Source of the DNA: Nemertoderma westbladi
Lineage: Eukaryota > Animalia > Xenacoelomorpha
NCBI GenBank assembly: GCA_032718475.1
Contig: JAUCBJ010007700.1
Span: 51,063-115,062, forward strand
Direction: 5' to 3'
DNA: 64,000 nucleotides
Part shown: piece after piece, positions 33,706 through 46,629 of the stretch
How the letters are laid out: each line of letters opens with the position of its first letter
Position numbering within the stretch: the stretch's first letter is position 1
Position numbers and translations under genes: made by a program
Notes under the pieces: generated by a model
What the model was told of the DNA's origin: nothing
Databases searched by the model: none
The model's input: the letters and a program-made list of their open reading frames with translations, nothing else

Positions 33706-34672
33706 GATTTGGTATCCTCAGCAGTTAGAGCCCAGCATGGACTCCCATAGAGGAGTACTGGAACTTCAGCTGCTCTAAATAATCGGACCTTAAGTTTCCC
33801 ATTAATTCTCGGTGACTTCCAAATCCTGGAAAGCCTATACAAGGCTGCCCATGCCCTTCCCTTACGTATTCGACTTGCTGAGGACTTTCAAAGTTATTTT
33901 GGTATTTTTGGAGTTAACAAAGAGACCAACACTAGAAGCAGCCTGTTCTAATGAACTGAGGAGCCGTTAGGTTCCCTCTAGGAGTACTCCTAAGTCATCA
34001 GCAAAGTCTAGCTCAGTTCGGTACTTGGTAGGATTTCCTTGACTTCTGGAGCCAGTAGGTGGAGTTATCATCACCCCATCATCATTATGATGATCCAAGG
34101 ACATGCGTAGAACATAGTCAACCACAATCATGAACAAGAACGGTGCAAGTGTGTCTCCCTGGAGGACGCCCCATAACACTTCAAATGGTTCTCTGTCACC
34201 GTCAACAGTAGACACAAATGTTGTCGAACCATCGTTTACTGATCTAATTTCTGCAATAATTTCATCAGGAATCCCATATAATGAAAGTATGCTGAACATA
34301 CGTGAGCGAGAGGCTGAATCAAAGGACTTGAAGAAGTCAACAAAGATAACAGCCAGATGCCTGTCTTTCTTTTTTGATAACTCTTCAATTATCCTTCTAA
34401 GTGCCAAAATGGGCTCCATGGTCCCACGACCTTTACGGAACCCATTCTGATTTCCACAGAGTAGTCTCTCAATGGGATCCCTGATGCGATTTAATAGAAT
34501 TCTATTGTATAGCTTTGCAGCAATCGAGATCAATGAGATTCCCCGAAAAGAACCATAGAGTGTTAGGTTGCCCTTCTTGGAAACTGGCACCAACTTATTT
34601 GTTTTCATTTCTTGTGGGACTCTTGTTGTTCGGTACATGTCTACTATGATGGGATAGATGAGCTTTAAACAC
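33706..34672 (-). mobile_element. Second, degraded internal fragment of the same RTE LINE
   Basis: Near-identical to about 22120-23205, with deletions and a premature stop; no 3' tail. Confidence 0.93.
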
Positions 34673-34916
34673 GTTACGCATCAATGCCTTATCATTATTA
34701 TAATACCTGATTACGCCCGTACCTATGTTTACTTTAAAAGTTATATCACCTCTACACGGGCTGACAGCCACGGGCACGGGGGCCTAATCTTTATATGGAC
34801 ATAGTATCTGAATCTGTATGCAGGCCGTAGCAGTTGTAGTTGGAAAGTGCTGTGTGTATAGATGCCGCTCGCGCGCTCGGTCTACAGTGGCGTGGCACTT
34901 AGTTCGAATACTCAGG

Positions 34917-35619
34917 CAGGGACGGATTAAGGGGGGGGGGGGGGGGGGGGGGCTACAAGGGCAGCTGCCGGGGGCCCGTAAGTTGGAAGAAATTTACCGA
35001 ACATTAATCTCACGGATAAACAATTTTTGGCTGTTCAATAAATATTTAGAGTATATCTCACACATATATATATATAGCGCCATTCAGAGCACTGTGTCCC
35101 ATAGAATGTTTAAAGTGTAATGTAATGCTTGAAGGAAAACGTTAGCAAAAGGGTCAATTTAAAATAATTGTAAATTATTACTGTATTGCAATTAACATTT
35201 AATTTTAATTAATTTTATTGTGTCTAATTTATTGATATACTGTACCAATATATTCGTTCCTAAATATAGAATTGATGACTTTTGGATGGTGTAATTTAGG
35301 AAAAAATTATTATTATTTCAAATTTATAATAATAAAGGACTATTATTCGTTAAAAAAAGTAAGCGGAACTCACCGCTTTTTTCATTGATTTTCAATTTAG
35401 CGAAATTCAACTATTTATGTCTATAGTGTTTTCCGGTTATGTTTTTATATCGAATATATTTATTGTTTTATTTGAAAAAAATATCACCAGCGTTACTTAT
35501 TTGTACCAACGCCAACGGGGACCAAAATTTTTTGCAATTGGTTTTCGTGGGGGGGGGGGGGGGCTAGGGGCCCGTAAGTTGCGACTGCCGGGGACCCGAA
35601 AATTCATAATCCGTCCCTG
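34917..35619. mobile_element. hAT-type MITE
   Basis: TIR CAGGGACGGATTA / TAATCCGTCCCTG and 8-bp TSD TACTCAGG / TACTCTGG (one mismatch). Confidence 0.85.
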
Positions 35620-35879
35620 TACTCTGGGCTTTTCTACAGAACAGATGACACCAGGGCCTTCCGCTTCCACTAACATTTGTACATTTCGACGTGCGAAATA
35701 TTCAGTAAACCCGGAATCTGTTCCGACTTCAGTGTGCTAAATGCCTCAAATTCCTCGGAGACCGCCAGTAAAAAGAATATACCGTCCATCGAAATTCATG
35801 AAGGAGAGTAAAATTAGATCTTTATCTGATCTAGAGATGAAGCTACTGCTGGACTTGGAGGGGCCGGTTATTCTTTAAG

Positions 35880-35960
35880 AACAATGACGCTAGTGTTATT
35901 CTCCTGCCTAAACCAGCGGGACTCCTATCTGAAACCCCGAGGACATATCGGCCCTTTCGG
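35880..35960 (+). pseudogene. Possible relic of another LINE reverse transcriptase
   Basis: Translates as VILLPKPAGLLSETPRTYRP, like the LPKP...YRP RT motif; surrounding frame is broken. Confidence 0.35.
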
Positions 35961-36067
35961 AGGATCTCAAATAAGACAATATGCGTGGCCACCTTTACAG
36001 TGTTCGCTTCTTACTGTGTATGATTTAATAGACAAAGGTTATTGATACATAATAGATATGCTGAGAT

Positions 36068-36463
36068 AAATTAATATTATTTATTTAAAATTAATATTAT
36101 TTATTTAAAATTAATATTATTTATTTAAAATTAATATTATTTATTTAAAATTAATATTATTTATTTAAAATTAATATTATTTATTTAAAATTAATATTAT
36201 TTATTTAAAATTAATATTATTTATTTAAAATTAATATTATTTATTTAAAATTAATATTATTTATTTAAAATTAATATTATTTATTTAAAATTAATATTAT
36301 TTATTTAAAATTAATATTATTTATTTAAAATTAATATTATTTATTTAAAATTAATATTATTTATTTAAAATTAATATTATTTATTTAAAATTAATATTAT
36401 TTATTTAAAATTAATATTATTTATTTAAAATTAATATTATTTATTTTAAATTAATATTATTTA
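36068..36463. repeat. 20-bp pure-AT tandem array, about 19.5 units
   Basis: Unit TTAATATTATTTATTTAAAA, nearly invariant. Confidence 0.98.
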
Positions 36464-37840
36464 GGGGAATTATTATTAACTATCCTGGAATATAGTGTCG
36501 TTTAATGATTTGAGGAACTGATACAGTACTTTATTCTCTTTACTCTACTATGTATTCGATGCGGAATTAAGAGATTCATATTCAGTTACTACCATAACCT
36601 AAGTCTAACGTTTAACACTATCTGCTATCTGGGTATATTACTACAGTAGGCCTGTGTGGGGTTACTTTTAGAAATTTTTTAGATCTTGGCTGCTCAAAAA
36701 TTACAATTTTAGTGGTATCAGGGATTTCACGATAAAACATGTTAAAAATATTTTCTATCAATACATCAATTATTTTTGGTGCTATTTTGGCGAATTTTGG
36801 CCCAGGACGAAAAATAGAAGTAAAAAATTTTCAAACTAAACAGTGTGTTTGGTTTCGTTCGTTCGTTGAGTGATAATTCTGAACGTATATGTTTTTTTGA
36901 GGCCGCTGATCACGATGAAACTAGTTATAAATATTTCGGGTATGTGCAAACCCAATTTCGGTGTCATTCTGGTGCCCCAGAACGAAAAGTACAAGTAGGA
37001 AAAATTTCAAACTGTGAAATTTTGCCTTTGGTTTTGTAATTCTGAAGCTATACTGGTTTTCAAAGCCGCTGATAACGATACAATTCGTTAAAACCAAGGT
37101 AACGCAACTATCGTTTTTGGTGTATGTCTGGTGGGACGAAAAATACAAGCAGCATAAAATTTCAAACGGCAAAAATCAAATTTGGTTGGATAATACGATA
37201 TTGTTGAGTGTCATATTCGTGATCAGTGTCCCAGAAAACCCATAATGTCATAAAATGAGAATGATTTGGTAATGATTTTTGATTATCAAATTTGTGTTAG
37301 TTGTATTTTTCGTGCCGCACATTGACACGTGTCCAAAAAAACCGTTATCAACAAGGTAGGATATTTTTCATTGTCATATTCGTGATCAACATCCCAAAAA
37401 ATCACATGGTCATAAAATCAATTTGTTTTCGTGGTAATTTTTCATTATTATATTTCCACTACTTCTTTTCTTCGTGCTCCTGGGGCACAAATAACTGACT
37501 TATAACTAATATAACAACATGCCTATTTGTTATATTACACAACTCTTCGATATGTTTGATGTAGAGGAATAAACCTTCCCAATGAAATCAGCACATTCTA
37601 AAACCTCAGTAGCCAAACTGTACGGCCAATTATATACCACTTTTGATAAAAGTGCTACTTGCACTTTTGATGCTAAAAAAATCTTCTAATCGTGCTTTCG
37701 ATTACTAATAATGAATTCAACAAAAAAAAAGCATGGTAGGCCTATGGTTTCATGGTTATACCCAAGTCTTTGAAGGGTGATGTATTTTGTGTAATTTTAT
37801 CAATTCCGAAAGGTGTTGATATGGTATGGGTGCAGGAACT

Positions 37841-37996
37841 CCTCATATCTGGAAAACTACTGGAGATAGTCAATTTTTATTTATCTCATCTGAAAGAAGA
37901 CATAATTTAAGTTAAGTACCTCATATCTGGAAAACTACTGGAGATAGTCAATTTTTATTTATCTCATCTGAAAGAAGACATAATTTTAGTTAAGTA
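37841..37996. repeat. 78-bp tandem duplication
   Basis: CCTCATATCTGGAAAACTAC... starts at 37841 and 37919. Confidence 0.92.
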
Positions 37997-38155
37997 CAAG
38001 TACTTTCGACGCGCCTGACATATTGTTTCAGGGGTTCTATCTAAGAGAAATAACTGGCCCACTAAATTTAGCTAAATTTATTTACTAAATTCACTACATT
38101 TATTTAACAATAAATTTAGGGGCTTTGCAGCAGCTTGGGGGGTCGTATCTATAGT

Positions 38156-38354
38156 AAAAATATCAACCATCCCCTATAGGGGCTCGAATCCGGTACCAAG
38201 GTTTCAAACTTCCGGTTATCATCAGCCGAGTGTGTGTCCTAAGACCACTGAGCTACCAGGGCGGAAGAAGATTTATTCGCTATGGAGTGGGGTATCATTT
38301 TTAGGCCTTTGTACAAAAAGGGTTCGAGCCCCAATAGGGGCGGTTGATATTTTT
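38156..38354 (-). mobile_element. tRNA-headed element with a minimal hammerhead motif (family 2, copy C) plus an inverted partial copy
   Basis: Minus strand reads GCCCTGG-TAGCTCAGTGG...CTCGG-CTGATGA-TAACCGGAAGTTT-GAAA-C-CTTG-GTA-CCGG-ATTCGAGCCCC. 38320-38354 is an inverted copy of 38156-38190. Confidence 0.7.
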
Positions 38355-39737
38355 CGCAGTGGAGAGCATTATCATAATGTACTATAACATATACAGTATT
38401 TATTCGCCGTCACCCACCCCACAACAACAACAACCCCACAAGTTGGCCGAGCCTTAGCGAACTGACACTGTGAGGGAGGTGAGTCAATAATTAGCAAATA
38501 CTGTAGTTTTTGTAGTTTTTGTCGTCGTTATTACGACTTTGTCGGATTTAAATCTGTCGATATACACATTTCCGGGTATATTCCGGGCTCCGGTGTTGCG
38601 GGAAGTGTCAACTTATGCAAGGGAGTAGTCAGTTCGGCAGTTAGTGGATACGTTGTCTTTATACGCAGTTTCAGTTAGTACCAATAAAACAGGAGTTAAT
38701 AATGCTTAGAACAATAATATGTATTTTAGTCTTAATTGCAATATTTATAAATGAACTGGCAGACTGGTAAGAAATAGTAGTCACTTTGAGGAGTGGTACT
38801 TGCCGGGGAACTAATTAATATACCGTTAGTCATAAAAATCATCTACAACAATTATGTTATATAATCTGGTAAACCAATGATGAATACAATTTAAGAATTT
38901 AACCAATCACAGGGCGAGGAGTCGCACTTTGCAAATATAACCAACAACAGTAAGCTGACATTGTAGTTAACTGTTCATTATGAAGCCTAGCACAGATAAA
39001 ACTGTAGCCATGGTTACCGTTTACCGTTCAGTGTATAAGTAAAGGGCCATCAAGATGGTTCTTAGATTCAATGCGCCGCAATTTTTCGCAAGTTTTTGTC
39101 ACGTGCTGCGCGAATGCCCCATTTCGTGTATTTAATAGGCCGAAGGCCAATGTAATTATATAAGTTACTTTATGGTGAAGGATGCAATATGCCATTGCAT
39201 AATAACATCTTGCATGGTATATCATATACAGTACGTACATACTGCTGTATCAGTGGAGTACCCCGTTGTGTACCATTCGGGTTTAACATGATAACATGGA
39301 GGTTTTCCTCCTATCTTATCTTCTGCCAGCAGAGGCTGGGAATACAAAGGTGTAATCAATAATAATGATTAAGCGCGTTTATTTCCTAAGCTCGCTCGAC
39401 GTACAACATACGACAGACTATTTCATATGTAGTTCATATTGTTAGTGCATTGCATTATTCATAACACCACTCCAGTTTCTGTTGTGTAGCCAACACAAAC
39501 ACAGTAGATACTGTAGAATAGATGTTAATTCAGAACAGGAAACTACTTATTACAAGTAAAATAAATTAGCGTTTTTTTCCCGTTGACACTGACGATAAAC
39601 TGAAGTGTCGTGCAAGTGAGTGACACCAATCGATGTTAATAATACATAGGGGTCGTAATGATAAAACTCTATTTGATTATAGAGTTTTATCAAAAGTGGA
39701 AGAAAAAGGAGTAGGCCGACTTTTTAGAATAATTATT

Positions 39738-40659
39738 TATTACATGGGAAAAAAAGTAGACCTTTTTTTCACTATTCTCGAGGCATTTTATTTACCGAGC
39801 GTCAGAGAGATTAACAAGGGTCGAGAGAATATTGCGGTCGAGACAATTTACGTGCAAACCTTTTCTACGTCAATGCTCTTTCAACACATTTAGTCAAATT
39901 TAAGAAATTCCACCAAAAATATTTTGTTTTACTTTTTTCGCCGTGAAAAATAGTAAAATCAATGCAATCCTATGGGTTACTTTTATTCCTTTGAGAAAAA
40001 GTAACCAATAGGATTGCATTTATTGATTGACTTTTTTTACATTTTATTTGAAACTTTTTTCTCCCGATTTTGGTTTAATTTTGAGCGAAAAAGTAACAAT
40101 TTAAGAATAATGAATTTTATTTCCTAGATAATATTTTTGGTAGAATGTTTTAAGTTTTATTACATGTGTTAAAAAAGCATCGAAGCAGAAAATGTTAGTA
40201 CGTAATTTGAGGAAAATCCATGCGCACACTTAATAGTTATTGAAACATGAGTGTCTGCAAGGTAACTCCAAAACGGAACTCTATATCCAATATTGGTTTA
40301 TGTTGTTAAGCGGTTCTCTAGTTACGTAACAAATATTCGAGAACACTAAATTATTTAACATTGAGTAAGGCAGCATCGGGAGTTGAAGAGTTCAGTAATT
40401 TGTATCGCAGTAACTATGGAAGCAATATAGTAAAATACTGCAATTCAATTTATTTTGTAACACTATATCTCCCTATCTGTTATGAAGGAATTGAGCAGCA
40501 AAAAAGTTCAAATTTAAGAATAAAATTATGTATTACATGGGAAAAAAACGTAGACATTTTTTTCAATATTCTCTCAACCCTCTACGAACCTCTGTGGTGG
40601 TGCGCGGTAAATAAAATGCCTCGAGAATAATAAATAATGTTCGACTTTCACATGTAATA
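39738..40659. mobile_element. Interspersed repeat family X, most complete copy
   Basis: Ends TATTACATG / CATGTAATA, plus a 25-bp subterminal inverted repeat TATTCTCGAGGCATTTTATTTACCG (39773-39797 versus 40605-40629). Confidence 0.75.
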
Positions 40660-40700
40660 CTGTAATAAATAATTATGTATAAAAACATACTGTAATTACA

Positions 40701-40992
40701 ACAGCTTGGTCTAGTGGTGACATTCCTGGGCTGCCAATTAGGAAGCCCTGGTTCGATCCCTAGATGGGGGCAGCACTGTTTGCGCGCAGTACTTTTAATG
40801 CTGCAGCCTAGCCCAACCCTGGCTTTCATCCTTCAGTGGTCGATAAATGGGAACCAAAGCAACTTGGGAAACAGAGTGGAAGGGTTTAATATGAAAGATC
40901 ACCCATGGTGGTGAACAGGCATTCCTTTGGGAAACAGAGTGGAAGGGTTTAATATGAAAGATCACCCATGGTGGTGAACAGACATTCCTTGG
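40701..40992 (+). mobile_element. tRNA-derived SINE with Nin/Deu-type central domain
   Basis: A-box TGGTCTAGTGG, GCC anticodon-like loop, B-box GGTTCGATCCC, then CTTTCATCCTTCAGTGGTCGATAAATGGGAACC. The 3' part has a duplication of about 63 bp. Confidence 0.75.
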
Positions 40993-41244
40993 CTTACATA
41001 ATGAGCCTAAAATAATCTCCCATTCAATACATAATTTATTATTTAGTAGTACTGTACATGCGAAAAAGGTATAATTTTTTTCACTATTCGCGAGGCATTT
41101 TATTTGCGAGGTTAAAGAGTCGAGAGAATTATTGAAAATAAATATTCTGCGTTTTTTTTTCTCCATGTAATACGTAATTTTATTCCTAACTTGGTACTTT
41201 TTAGTTGCTTAATTCTTTAATAAAAGATATAGCGATATACTGTA

Positions 41245-43573
41245 GGCTCATTCCATTCCAGTGCGGGACATTCGTACGACTTTTTGTGCATACTTTAGCA
41301 CTGTACATCAAGAAAATGAACTAAAATAATATAATGCTTGTGTTTCTTATAAAAACCAATTATCGGTTCTGTAAAAAAAAAGTAGTTTGGAAACCTGCAG
41401 CAGTCTATGTCTCAGAATTATTGCTTCAAAAAATTGTAAAGTGCGGGACGCCTACGAAATTGAAATTCTCAACTGTCAAATTCATTGCTAAAGTTCAGCG
41501 AATTGGGTAAAGTTAGTGTGAAAACTTTCGTTCCGTGATGTTCCTAGATATGTAGGGAAAATAAATTAGCCTTTAGTAAGATGGTAGGTAACTTCAATGA
41601 AACAGGGGAGTAGTTTAAGTGCAGCAAAGACATGTAAAGTGTGGGACAATTCACTGTAAAGTGCGGGACACGTGCGATTTTATCATTTATAAACACATTA
41701 AATCGTTAATTATTACATTATTCCGACTAAATCAGTGATAGATATTAACTTGTCAGTGAGATTGCCACATATAATTTGAACTTAAAGATGAATGACAATG
41801 CAACTAACCCTAACCAAAATACTAAACCTAACCTACCAAACTTAGTTGGTCCTGTAAAGCCCCTTACTACTGCGTTTTGATACATGTATACATGTATCAA
41901 TTCCACTGGAGGTCCGGCCTATAGTACAGTGCAAACTGCACAGTAGTTATGAGGCGGGTGGGGGGGGGGGGGGGGGGGATTATTTATAGATATAATTAAT
42001 AGGCCTCCAACAAATAGGCTGTACGGGCTTTAATACGCCATTCCAGCATTCCAATATTGCGATACGTAACGTAACACAAAGTTTAACAAAGTTTTTCAAC
42101 GAAATTCAGGTTGTGCTACATATTTGGAATCCTTGCATCGCCAGCTTTCTAGCAGTACCAAGTAACAGCTATCAGAAGAAGAATAACTGCGGTGTAACTG
42201 GTGCAATATCGAGGGAGACACTTTTTTAAAGGATCTTCGATTATTCTGGGATCCAATAATGAAATCAAACTCACCATTGGAAAAGAACTTGTAACATTTC
42301 ATCTTCAAATTACCTGCGTTGTTTTTAACTACCCATATTATCTCGTCTATTTTTCCAATTATTGTACAATTTAATTGATATAGAAAAACATGTACGACAT
42401 AATTAGCCTGCTAAAAATACTTTCGGGTGACCTGGTCCAAGTAATGCCCATTACTCCAATTGGTAGTAATTATTGGTCTGGCGATAAATGAAAGAGAAAT
42501 ATAGTCATGGGGGCTGAAATCTCGGCATTTGCAGTAGGCTATCGGTTGTCGGCTGTCGGCTGTCAGTTGTCGGTTGTCGGCTGTCGGCTTTCGGTTATCG
42601 GCTGTCGGTTGTCGGCTGTCGGCGTAACGTTTACACTCCCATTTAAGTGCGCTGTAGGCCTAATGTAATACAGATTAGATAGCCAGATTAGACCTGGAAC
42701 TGTAGTGCACCCATAAAACCGTTATAGTAGCACCATGTAAGCGTAAGGGACTGAATGGGAGCTTTGCAATAGGCCTACGCACCAGCCAGAGCCAGGAAGA
42801 GGTTAATGGCAGGCCTACAAATAGTATTCAGAGTATAAAAACTAATAAAAATAGGAATTTAAATTTTGAGGATATTTACTGAAATATATGTGATCTTCAT
42901 GAATTTTTTTATAGTGTCTTAATATCAGAGATTGATATGAAGTTATTATGTCTGTTATGATTATTCCAGTTGAAGTTCTTCCATCTAAATGCACGCTTAC
43001 CCTACTTCCTTTGATATTTCTACTTTTTGTCCCGCACTTTACGTAAAGTGCGGGACACCTGTTTACCACATAACACGAAACACCACAAACAAACAAAGTA
43101 CCCCAGATTAATGGTACATATATTTGTGCTTTGCAAACGACATAACATCATTCTACTATAATACTGTATGTCTATCTTGTACAAACAAAATATGGTGTTC
43201 AGCGTAAAGTGCGGGACATTATGATGTAAGCAGATTATGAGTTCTGAATTTTTAGACACAACGTTGTTTTAATTGACAGCAAATGATTTCATTGGAAAAT
43301 ATGATTGTTTTGCTTCGAAAAGTACGTTGCCTTCTGCCTAAAGCTACTCATAAAACGCGGTTGTCATATTATGCACTCAGTTAACTGTATTTTTGCAGTT
43401 TGAGAGGCAAGGGCGAATAACACCAGATTTCAGAAAGTTAACGAATTTTGAAGCGGTTTTTTGCATTAAATTCGTAAACCGCACCATATATTGGTTCTGA
43501 AAATTGATATGAGAAGCAATAATTCAAGTTTTTCAAAATTGGCACTGCGGTTGACATATGCATGGAATGAGCC
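41245..43573. mobile_element. Non-autonomous TIR DNA transposon with AAAGTGCGGGACA subrepeats
   Basis: TIR GGCTCATTCCA / TGGAATGAGCC, TGTA on both flanks (41241-41244, 43574-43577), and motif copies near both ends. No transposase. Confidence 0.75.
42541..42623. repeat. 7-bp (GTCGGCT/GTCGGTT)n tract, probably part of a DINE-like insert
   Basis: About 12 tandem units. Confidence 0.85.
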
Positions 43574-44054
43574 TGTAGTGTATAGTGCTACAAAAGAAAT
43601 TGAACTGTATAGTATCAATGTAGTGTCGGATCCTATTGTATCCCGGTAACAAAAACTTAATTTGTTTCCAGAATTACGACACCATCCCTCCACCTCCGCC
43701 ACAAAACTTTGCGTATTGATACCAAACGCTATGTGATCGTTGAATGGAGTACTGAATAAGTAGGCCTACAATAGGAAAAAATTGGGTGCAAAATGTTTAG
43801 ATTCACAAAAAAATGTGACTAATTTTTATTTTTTTTAAATATAATTGTAAATAAAAAAATGTATTTTGATGTCAGAAAGCTTCAGGCCCACTGGATTTCC
43901 AATAGCCGAGATATTCAACATTATATATTTGGTGGAGTAAATTTCCCCTCATCCATCCATATAAAATGCCCCACGCATCGATGCTCGCATGGTGACCAGG
44001 GTAATTTTCGTTTCGTCGCGTATGCTTTAAAAGGACTAGCCATCTATGGCGCAT

Positions 44055-44110
44055 TTCTGCCTTACATCCTTAAATGGTATCTAAATGAGTACCAGTTTCC
44101 ACTTGGGAGT
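44055..44110 (+). mobile_element. Degenerate Nin/Deu SINE core
   Basis: CTGCCTTACATCCTTAAATGGTATCTAAATGAGTACCAG resembles the core at 40821-40857. Confidence 0.5.
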
Positions 44111-44850
44111 ATAATTCTGGGGGGAGTTGTGATGCTGCGTGGTCGGGATGTTGACTCTTGGCCGACAGATAGGGATAAAATAAGAACTGGTTGCATACAG
44201 GGAGTATAGCGAATGTCAATGCCGACTCCTGTAGCACAATAAATGCAATAAACTACTGTAGAAATAATATCGGTTTATAAACAAAAAAATTATTTTGAGG
44301 CCTATGATTCGAAATGTTTACTAATTACTGACGGAAGTGCTGTAACGTTTGTGAAATAATTATTAAACAAACATTTTATGCTAGAGTAATTCTAAGGTCA
44401 GACTTTCTTTCCGCCAGAATTGTTATGTTTCGGGGCAAGACAGAAGAGTCAGACAGGGGCATACTCGTATGGCAGGCGGTCTAGACTTTTAGGCCTTTAC
44501 ACACATTCTACAGTAGTAAATGCAATAAGTGTATTGTTGTATGTAGGCCTACTTTTTGTGGGCCTGTTTCAAAATTCGCCTCGGCAACGTATGGAAAATT
44601 CGCAACTTTGGACAGCTGTAGTTAAAACAGATCTGACTTACTGTACAGTAGCTACTGTAGGGCTAACATATACCTGGGATTGGCAACTTATTCCAATGTA
44701 ACACATTTGATCATAGGCCAAGGCATTTCACACAACACATTTGGGGCACAGATGTATTTAACCAATACCAACTGTTGTGTACTATTATGTTTTTGTCATA
44801 TTTTGCCTTTATTTTCACTGTTTATATTGCCATAATAATAGGATTCTGCA

Positions 44851-45020
44851 CGGAAGCAGGACAATTCGGTCCCGGACAATTCGGTCCGGACAATTCGGTC
44901 CCGGACAATTCGGTCCCGGACAATTCGGTCCCATTAATGTTGTGTTTTGGGACCGAATTGACGGGACCGAATTGTCCGGGACCGAATTGTCCGGGGTCGA
45001 ATTGTCCGGGACCAAATTTA
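44851..45020. repeat. Foldback mini-element made of 15-bp subrepeats
   Basis: About 5 copies of GGACAATTCGGTCCC followed by about 5 reverse-complement copies around a short spacer. Confidence 0.9.
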
Positions 45021-45387
45021 TTTGGTACTACTATACCATATAATGGTGAATATTCTAGAACCTTAAAAGATATCATTATATGGTAGCTAGTTTTTTTACT
45101 AGCTAGTATTTTTTTGAAAATAAAAAAAATTTACTTTTTTTTGTTAACATTATAACTTATGTTAGCTATGGTGTTTTTATGGAGCTTGTGAATTATTTAC
45201 TAGCTAGTAATAGTATGTATTTAAAATGTGTAAATGTTCCAATTTACAGTTTATTCAAAAAAAATGCGTTTAAATTTTGCATCTTGGCCACATTTAATTG
45301 TAGGACTACTGTAACCCAAGGGTCACAACTCTGTCATTAAGTCTAAGGAAAATTTGAATATATAATGTAGCTACAGTGTACTGTACT

Positions 45388-46629
45388 TGTAAAAGCTTCT
45401 GTGGGATATAACTGGCCCCTTTTGCTTCGCAATCCAGTTTCCCCCCAGGCGCTGGAATACTCTAAAAAGGTTCTCTAACTGTATATATATTCCCCTCGCC
45501 CGCAAGGTACCGTTACAGGTGTTTTAACGGACATAAAAGTAATTCTGCTATATACGTGTTTTGGCGGACATGGTAAGGCAAAAAACCTGTAATGCACCAA
45601 CTACCTTTCACAGCTTAGCCGTGATGATTCATATTACGACATCTAACAGCTGGTTGCTGACATGGAAACAGCCATTGGACTCGTGGTTCTTTGTTTGGCT
45701 TGAGCCAATCAGAGCGATTTTTCCTGTCGACGTGTAGCTTTTCAGCCGATCATAAGGAGAGTGTTCAGTCTTACTGTTTTTACTTGTTACTTTGTTGTTA
45801 TTGCTGTCTAAGCCAGAAACACCGGCATTTTGGGAAGAACTCTAGTAAAACTGCTTAAATTATCGAAAGTATAAACTGTTACCTTAATTAATTAACTTAA
45901 CAAATCTTAAAATATCTCAATAACTCACTATTAATCATATTGTTTGTACTGTTATTTTACCGTCAGTTATTAATTGTACCTATTTGTTGATGGAAATATT
46001 GCTCTTTGGATAATACGGATAAATCACCCAAATTCCCAATTTTCTTGATACACTACAGGTTAGAGAGACCGGCTATACATAACAATTGCGATTTATATTA
46101 ATGTGGTGTGTATTGAATCCAATGTTATTTAGCAGACCCTACGTGAGTCAATTGCTGCTCTCTTTATGTGTGATCAAATATACTGACTGTCGGCAGAATA
46201 GTGTGTATGATTGTGATTGGTAACAAAGTATTTCCTAAAGAATACGCTTTATACTTCAATCATAAGCAGTATCGTTGCGTTTAGTATAAGTCTTAGTTCT
46301 GTTTAAATAGATAAAGCGCCACGTCCTAAAGGAACTGTTAATATTTCCCGAAAGCCAATAATATCTGTCAGAGATTAATTATTAACGATCTATCGAATAA
46401 TACAGTAGGTATACACTGCAACCTTACACTGCAATAATAAAATTTAAGCATCCGAATTCAGTCTCCCGGGTGTAGATCCATCGGGTGAATGATCGCGCAT
46501 GGGCTGACTTCGGCTAGTGTTTTGCGTATTAGCATAAAATATTGTCATATGCTAAAGTGGTTTTAATTAACTAAAAGACATATAAATTTTGGCAGGTTAA
46601 ACTGCTAAAGGTCTTCAAAAGCGCGAACA
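45388..46629 (+). repeat. 5' LTR (1242 bp)
   Basis: Direct repeat of 56533-57747. Contains AGCCAATCAG (about 45702) and an Inr-like TTCAGTC (about 45763). Confidence 0.96.

Larger units (their letters stand above)
41055..43620 (-). mobile_element. Family X partial copy split by a TIR element
   Basis: 41055-41240 matches the reverse complement of 24791-24985, and 43578-43620 continues into the reverse complement of about 20195-20235. Confidence 0.7.

Noticed and set aside
42096-42308. 70-aa minus-strand ORF inside the TIR element as a transposase remnant
   Set aside because: No recognisable transposase motif; it looks like non-coding repeat sequence.
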